64,000 nucleotides of DNA from Oscillatoria princeps RMCB-10 (GTDB lineage Bacteria > Cyanobacteriota > Cyanobacteriia > Cyanobacteriales > Oscillatoriaceae): NCBI GenBank assembly GCA_019359235.1, contig JAHHHT010000036.1:24245-88244 (forward strand), in the 5' to 3' direction. The translations under genes were made by a program, and so were the position numbers. Positions 59,299-64,000 of the stretch are shown piece by piece (position 1 is the stretch's first letter; each line of letters begins with the position of its first letter). Below the pieces are notes generated by a model that worked only from the letters and a program-made list of their open reading frames with translations, made no database searches and was not told the origin of the DNA.

Positions 59299-60951
59299 GT
59301 GCTGAAGAAAGTTCTGATTGCCGCGATTGTATCGCTGTGTCTGCTGAGTGGCCTGCTGATGGGCAGGGTGGTGGCTCAAGACGAGTCCCCTTCCGCAACT
59401 CCCTCTCCTGAACTGAGCGCACCGGCAGAGGTGTCTCCGCAACCGGCTGCACCGGCAGAGGTTTCTCCGCAACCGGCTGCGCCGATAGAGGTTTCTCCGC
59501 AACCGGCTGCACCGGCAGCAGTTTCTCCGCAACCCGTCGCGCCGGCGGGTGCGTCTCCTCAACCTGTTGCGCCGGCGGCGGGTGCGTCTGGGCAACCCGT
59601 GACTCCCGCACCGATGTCTCCGGAACCTTTCGTTGCACCGGCAACAGGGGAAGACACGGCGGCGGCTGCTGCAGCTTCTGCGATTAAAGACGGCGATACC
59701 GCCTGGATGCTGATCTCGTCAGCGCTGGTGCTGCTGATGACTCCGGGGCTGGCATTCTTCTACGGGGGATTGGTGCGATCGCGCAACGTCCTCAACACGA
59801 TGATGATGAGTTTGATTTTGATGGCGGTTGTCGGCGTCGTCTGGGTGCTGTGGGGCTACAGTCTGGCTTTTTCGCAGGCGTCTGATATCAATGTCAATCG
59901 GATTATTGGCAGCTTGGACTGGATATTTTTGAACGGCGTCGCTTTTGACAAGCCCGATCCGGTGGGCTACGCCCCAACGATTCCCCACCAGCTGTTTATG
60001 GTTTACCAGATGATGTTCGCCATGATCACACCGGCGCTGATCTCTGGGGCGATCGTGGAGCGCGTCAGTTTTAAGGCTTATTTTTGGTTCATCATCATTT
60101 GGGCGACGTTTATCTACGCCCCCCTGGCGCACTGGGTTTGGGGCAAGGGCTGGATTGGGGCGATGGGAGCCTTGGACTTTGCCGGTGGCACTGTTGTCCA
60201 CATCAGTTCTGGGGTTTCGGCAGTGGTAGCGGCTTGGATGATTGGCCCGCGCAAGACCTTCATGGTGCAGCCGGCGGCTCCCCACAATGTCCCCTATGTG
60301 TTGCTGGGGATTGGCATGCTCTGGTTTGGCTGGATGGGGTTCAATGCCGGCAGCGCTTTGGGCGCGGGATCTCTGGCGACTGTGGCGTTTGTGGCCACAA
60401 CGGTTTCTGCAGCAGCAGGAGGTCTAACCTGGGTGATTTTGGAGTGGGTGCTTAGAAGCAAACCAACGGCGATTGGCATTGCTAGCGGCTTCCTGGCCGG
60501 TTTGGTGGGCGTTACCCCCGCAGCGGGATTCGTGACTCCCATCGCGGCGATTCTGATTGGGTCAATTACCTCGGCGTGCTGTTTCTTTGGGGTTAGCTTG
60601 CGAGCCAAACTGCAGTTTGACGATTCGCTGGACACCTTCCCCGTCCACGGTCTCGGCGGTACGGTGGGGGCGATTCTCACCGGCATCTTTGCCACGAAAG
60701 AGGTCAACGCGGCGGGGAATAATGGCTTGCTGTTCGGCAACCCGTCGCTATTGGGAGTTCAAATCGTCGGTGTGGTTGTCACCTACATTTTTGCGGCGGT
60801 GGGCACTTTTATCATCCTGAAAGCGCTGGGAGCGATTATGGAGCTGCGGGTGAAGCCGGAATCGGAAGACCAAGGGTTGGATATCAACGAGCACGGCGAA
60901 GAGGGTTACGGCGAGGAGTTCGCTTCAGGGCTGAGTTTTCCTGGCAAGTAA
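59299..60951 (+). CDS. amt: ammonium transporter, near-identical tandem paralog of the preceding gene
   Basis: 550 aa; collinear with 56972-58660 at roughly 90% identity by eye. It has a longer PQPAAPAEVS repeat linker, and its upstream 110 nt (59190-59298) match 56860-56971. Confidence 0.93.
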   Translation: MLKKVLIAAIVSLCLLSGLLMGRVVAQDESPSATPSPELSAPAEVSPQPAAPAEVSPQPAAPIEVSPQPAAPAAVSPQPVAPAGASPQPVAPAAGASGQPVTPAPMSPEPFVAPATGEDTAAAAAASAIKDGDTAWMLISSALVLLMTPGLAFFYGGLVRSRNVLNTMMMSLILMAVVGVVWVLWGYSLAFSQASDINVNRIIGSLDWIFLNGVAFDKPDPVGYAPTIPHQLFMVYQMMFAMITPALISGAIVERVSFKAYFWFIIIWATFIYAPLAHWVWGKGWIGAMGALDFAGGTVVHISSGVSAVVAAWMIGPRKTFMVQPAAPHNVPYVLLGIGMLWFGWMGFNAGSALGAGSLATVAFVATTVSAAAGGLTWVILEWVLRSKPTAIGIASGFLAGLVGVTPAAGFVTPIAAILIGSITSACCFFGVSLRAKLQFDDSLDTFPVHGLGGTVGAILTGIFATKEVNAAGNNGLLFGNPSLLGVQIVGVVVTYIFAAVGTFIILKALGAIMELRVKPESEDQGLDINEHGEEGYGEEFASGLSFPGK

Positions 60952-61071
60952 AGGAAGCTTGCCGGTTTTAACCTCGACGGCGCAGGCACCGGCGTCGAGC
61001 CTGCGCACACCTGCCGGTTTTCAGCCGGATGCTCCGCAGCGGAGATTGCCGGCGAGCGTTCGGAATTAAGA

Positions 61072-61917
61072 TTGGATTCAAACACTGTTGAATTTGATCT
61101 CGTGCTGACTCGCTTTAAGACTGTTCCGGCTTGGGCGTTAGTTGCCCTGGCTTCCAACGTGTTACTGATGCTGGCAGTTTTCGTGGTGCTGCAGCGGGAG
61201 GAAAGGTTGCTGGGGGCTGCCCGAGCCGGTGCCACGGCGGCGCAGCCAACACCGGCACCCACCTTAGGGCCACGCCTCCAGTGGTCTTACGACCAGTGGG
61301 TGGCTCAGCTGAAGCGGGAGGCGGATGCTGCAGCCGAGAAGAAACCCCAGCGGTTGAGCGTCCTCGCTGGGGATTCCATCAGTCTGTGGTTTCCGCCGGA
61401 ACTGTTGCCCCCGGGGCGCGTTTGGCTGAACCAGGGGATTTCTGGAGAAACGTCCGAGGGGCTGCTCAAGCGGCTGACGCTGTTTGACCGCACTGATCCG
61501 GAGACGGTTTTTGTGATGATTGGGATTAATGACTTGATCCGGGGGGTGGGGGATGATACGATTCTCAATAACCAGCGGCTGATTATTCAGGATTTGCGCT
61601 CGGTTCATCCCTACACGCAGATCGTAGTCCAGTCGATTTTGCCCCACAGTGCCAGTAAGGCAACCTGGGAGGGGCGAGAGCGTTTGCTGGCAATTCCTAA
61701 CGAGCGCATTCGCCGGCTGAACAAGGAGCTGGCTGCGATTGCGGCGGAACAAGGTGTGGAGTATTTGGATTTGTATCCTTTGTTTGCCGACGCCCAAGGC
61801 AATCTGCCGATGTCATTCAGTACGGATGGCTTGCATTTGAATTCTCAAGGCTATTTGGTCTGGCGTTCGGCGCTGCTGCTTTTCAGCCAGCTGAGGCTGG
61901 AGGAGCCGGCTTTTTAG
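61072..61917 (+). CDS. SGNH/GDSL-family hydrolase, membrane anchored
   Basis: 281 aa; N-terminal anchor, block I VLAGDSISLW, block III GINDL, block V DGLHLNSQGY. Confidence 0.8.
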   Translation: MDSNTVEFDLVLTRFKTVPAWALVALASNVLLMLAVFVVLQREERLLGAARAGATAAQPTPAPTLGPRLQWSYDQWVAQLKREADAAAEKKPQRLSVLAGDSISLWFPPELLPPGRVWLNQGISGETSEGLLKRLTLFDRTDPETVFVMIGINDLIRGVGDDTILNNQRLIIQDLRSVHPYTQIVVQSILPHSASKATWEGRERLLAIPNERIRRLNKELAAIAAEQGVEYLDLYPLFADAQGNLPMSFSTDGLHLNSQGYLVWRSALLLFSQLRLEEPAF

Positions 61918-61929
61918 GGGTTGACAAAT

Positions 61930-62910
61930 TGTAATTTCTATGCTAATAAGACTAGGCAAATTAGGTTAGTTTCCAGGCGATAAGCTAGTTTCCGGGCGAT
62001 TGGAAATCGCGGCTATACAAACGAAGTCCGCCTGCGCGGACTTAAGAGCTAAAAGTAGGGTGCGTTCCGCGTGCTTCTGACTGCTACTTCTAGGGAATAC
62101 TGTGAACGCGGAACGCACCACCGGCACTCGTTGGGGCGGGTTTATTCAGATGTTGAGTTGTGTGGCTTTGAGTTCGGGCGAATCCGCCCCCACCGGCATT
62201 ATATCACGGAGGTGCCGGTGCGTGCGAGATGCCGGCTGCGCGCGGTGCCGGGCGGGTTTTTTGGAGGTTGTCTGTGGGTGGCACAGGTGTTAGGGCGAAG
62301 CATGAGCGTTAGCGAAGCGGCTGCGTCAGCAGCTATATAATCCTTCCTTGGGTGGCAAAAATAGTCGCGCTCATGCTTCGCCCCTAAGCTGGAATTCCTC
62401 TAGGGGCGAAGCATGAGAGTGAGGAGCTTTCCTGGGCATTCCTGGTGCCGGGCGGGTTTATTCAGATGTTGAGTTGTGTGGCTTTGAGTTCGGGCAAATC
62501 CGCCCCCACCGGCATTATATCACGGAGGTGCCGGTGCGTGCTTTGATGCCGGGTTTCGTGGGGTGGGGGCGGGTTTATTCAGATGTTGAGTTGTGGGGCA
62601 AATATTTCGGGCAAATCCTCCCCTACAGGCATTCTATCACAGAGGTGCCGGTGCATACAAGACACCGGCACTCGCGGGGCGCTAAAAGTAGGGTGCGTTC
62701 CGCGTGCTTCTGACTTCTACTTCTAGGGAATACTCTGAAGGCGGAACGCACCCCCGGCACTCGTAGGGGCGGGTTTATTCAGATGTTGCGTTGTGTGGCA
62801 AAGATTTCGGGCGAACCCGCCCCTACAGGCATTCGTGGGGGCGCTGGGAACACGGTGCGTTCCGCAGAAGCGCGACTTCTACTTCTGCGGAATCCTCTCA
62901 AGGCGGAACG
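61930..62910. repeat. repeat island: four copies of a ~95-bp composite MITE-like unit (GGGCGGGTTTATTCAGATGTTGAGTTGTGTGGC...GAATCCGCCCC + CACCGGCA..TGCCGGTG), TAGGGTGCGTTCCGC hairpin pairs and GGGGCGAAGCATGAGCG palindromes
   Basis: Units start at about 62136, 62451, 62567 and 62768. Inverted gtagggtgcgttccgc / gcggaacgcaccctac pairs lie at 62055-62125, 62690-62760 and 62850-62920. cgaagcatgagcg palindromes lie at 62290-62430. The interval has no credible ORF. Confidence 0.75.
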
Positions 62911-62914
62911 CACC

Positions 62915-64000
62915 CTACTCTTCGAGCAAGCGCTTCAGTTCCTCATCCGTGAAGGGATTATTCCCCGCTTTCAGGGCGTCAACCCAGCGCTGCCTTTGCG
63001 ATTTTTCCTTCTTATAAAAATCCTTACTCCCAGAAGGTAGATTGTCAATCCAAGCGATGTATGCCTGAAAGTCCTCAATCGCGCCTTTTGGGTTGCCGGT
63101 GAGCGCCCGGGCAATGCCGCGACTGTCGCGATACCTTTCATTATAAGGAGCGAGGGCTACGGCTTTCTCGCAGGCAAACATCACGTCTTTGGCGTGCCGG
63201 TGCAAACTGCCGTACCTGCAGAGAGTATTCCAAGACTCCGCATAAATCTCAAAGTTTGGGTCGAGCTTTTGGGCTTGTGCGTAAGCGGCGATGGCTTCCC
63301 TCACCTTGCCTTCCTTGACAAGCTCTTCTCCCTTTTTCACTATAACGGTTGCCGGCTCAACGTTAGGGTCGAGTTGCAATGCCTTCTGAAATTCCGCCAC
63401 CGCAGCTTCAATATTGCCCTCTTCGGCAAGCTGTTCGCCCTTCTTAATTCGTTCGGAAGCTTCTGCTAATTGCTTGGCTTTGGTTTCTGGATTGAGGGGT
63501 AAGCTGGGATTCCACTTTAAGGCGGTGCGGAAAGTAGCAACTGCTCCATCAACATTGCCTCCTCTCGCTTCCTCCTCCCCTTCCTTAACCAGAAATGGCG
63601 CGGCGTCCCGCCGATTGGATTGGGTTTGGCACACTTCTAGTTTTTCCAAGTCTTTGGGATGGGTGATAAGGTAATCGTTGAGCCAGTTGCAACCCCTCAC
63701 CAGCAGTTCGTCTAAGCTGTAAACCCGCCACACCCGGGCTGTCATATCAGAGGAGGCGGTGACGATGCGCTTTCCGTCGGGGCTGAAACTGGCGCTGTAG
63801 ACAGGACTCTGATGCCCTTTTAGCTCGTACAGCTGCTTGCCGGTGCTGTCCCACACCCGGGCTGTATTGTCAAAGGAGGCGGTGACGATGCGCTTTCCGT
63901 CGGGGCTGAAACTGGCGCTGTTGACAGCATCCTGATGCCCTTTTAGCTCGTACAGCTGCTTGCCGGTGCTGTCCCACACCCGGGCTGTTCTGTCAGAGGA
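62915..64000 (-). CDS. WD40-repeat protein with C-terminal TPR-like domain, partial (N-terminus beyond window end)
   Basis: Repeated ...DSTGKQLYELKGHQDAVNSASFSPDGKRIVTASFDNTARVW units are present. The reading frame stays open to position 64000. The C-terminal half has TPR-like AxxxFxxALxxNP repeats. Confidence 0.8.
   Translation of the reverse strand, partial: SSDRTARVWDSTGKQLYELKGHQDAVNSASFSPDGKRIVTASFDNTARVWDSTGKQLYELKGHQSPVYSASFSPDGKRIVTASSDMTARVWRVYSLDELLVRGCNWLNDYLITHPKDLEKLEVCQTQSNRRDAAPFLVKEGEEEARGGNVDGAVATFRTALKWNPSLPLNPETKAKQLAEASERIKKGEQLAEEGNIEAAVAEFQKALQLDPNVEPATVIVKKGEELVKEGKVREAIAAYAQAQKLDPNFEIYAESWNTLCRYGSLHRHAKDVMFACEKAVALAPYNERYRDSRGIARALTGNPKGAIEDFQAYIAWIDNLPSGSKDFYKKEKSQRQRWVDALKAGNNPFTDEELKRLLEE

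Noticed and set aside
57049-60740. Minus-strand ORFs of 100-266 aa inside amt2 and amt3 (for example 57557-58357, 59719-60285)
   Set aside because: They are antisense to highly conserved Amt coding sequence, with Arg/His/Pro-rich shadow composition.
62071-62840. Possible CRISPR array (four similar ~33-nt GGGCGGGTTTATTCAGATG... units)
   Set aside because: Spacing between units is irregular (about 315, 116 and 201 nt). Each unit is part of a longer self-complementary MITE-like element, and other repeat families are interleaved. No cas genes are nearby.

Overview
64 kb of a cyanobacterial chromosome, about 55-58% GC. The assignment rests on many HIP1 GCGATCGC octamers, a cyAbrB regulator, chlM, ergothioneine genes and at least seven families of short dispersed hairpin or heptamer repeats. 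Most genes lie on the minus strand. The conserved core comprises a galK-like fragment at the left edge, glpK, hspA (Hsp20), recG, the rpsB-tsf pair, a GT2 glycosyltransferase, a GHL10-like hydrolase, argG, a DedA protein and a STAS protein. It continues with an MVP-repeat/SPFH protein, the egtC-egtB-egtD ergothioneine cluster, chlM, nagA, purE, a tandem array of three ammonium transporters, a GDSL hydrolase and a partial WD40/TPR gene at the right edge. The accessory content stands out more. (i) A strongly AT-rich island (about 20.3-22.2 kb) carries a translationally coupled ABC/AAA_21-type ATPase plus a PIN-like small protein; it looks like a two-gene ATPase+nuclease defence cassette that I cannot assign to a named system. 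(ii) A cluster at 33.9-39.8 kb has three paralogous genes combining an N-terminal glycine-zipper (GxxxG-repeat) membrane domain, a shared middle domain and an 'NPYITG...GKTSLL'-type AAA-like ATPase. One copy is fused to an XRE-type HTH instead of the membrane domain and one copy lacks the ATPase. The glycine zippers are encoded by long 12-nt intragenic minisatellites. (iii) Two tandem Ser/Thr-kinase::FGE-sulfatase fusion genes follow, one of which carries an in-frame insertion of a dispersed hairpin repeat. (iv) Several genes look frameshifted or truncated: an alpha/beta hydrolase, a DUF423 protein, an Uma2/DUF820 protein and the galK-like fragment. Repeat-rich non-coding islands and a roughly 3.4 kb stretch without clear genes around the cyAbrB gene are also present.
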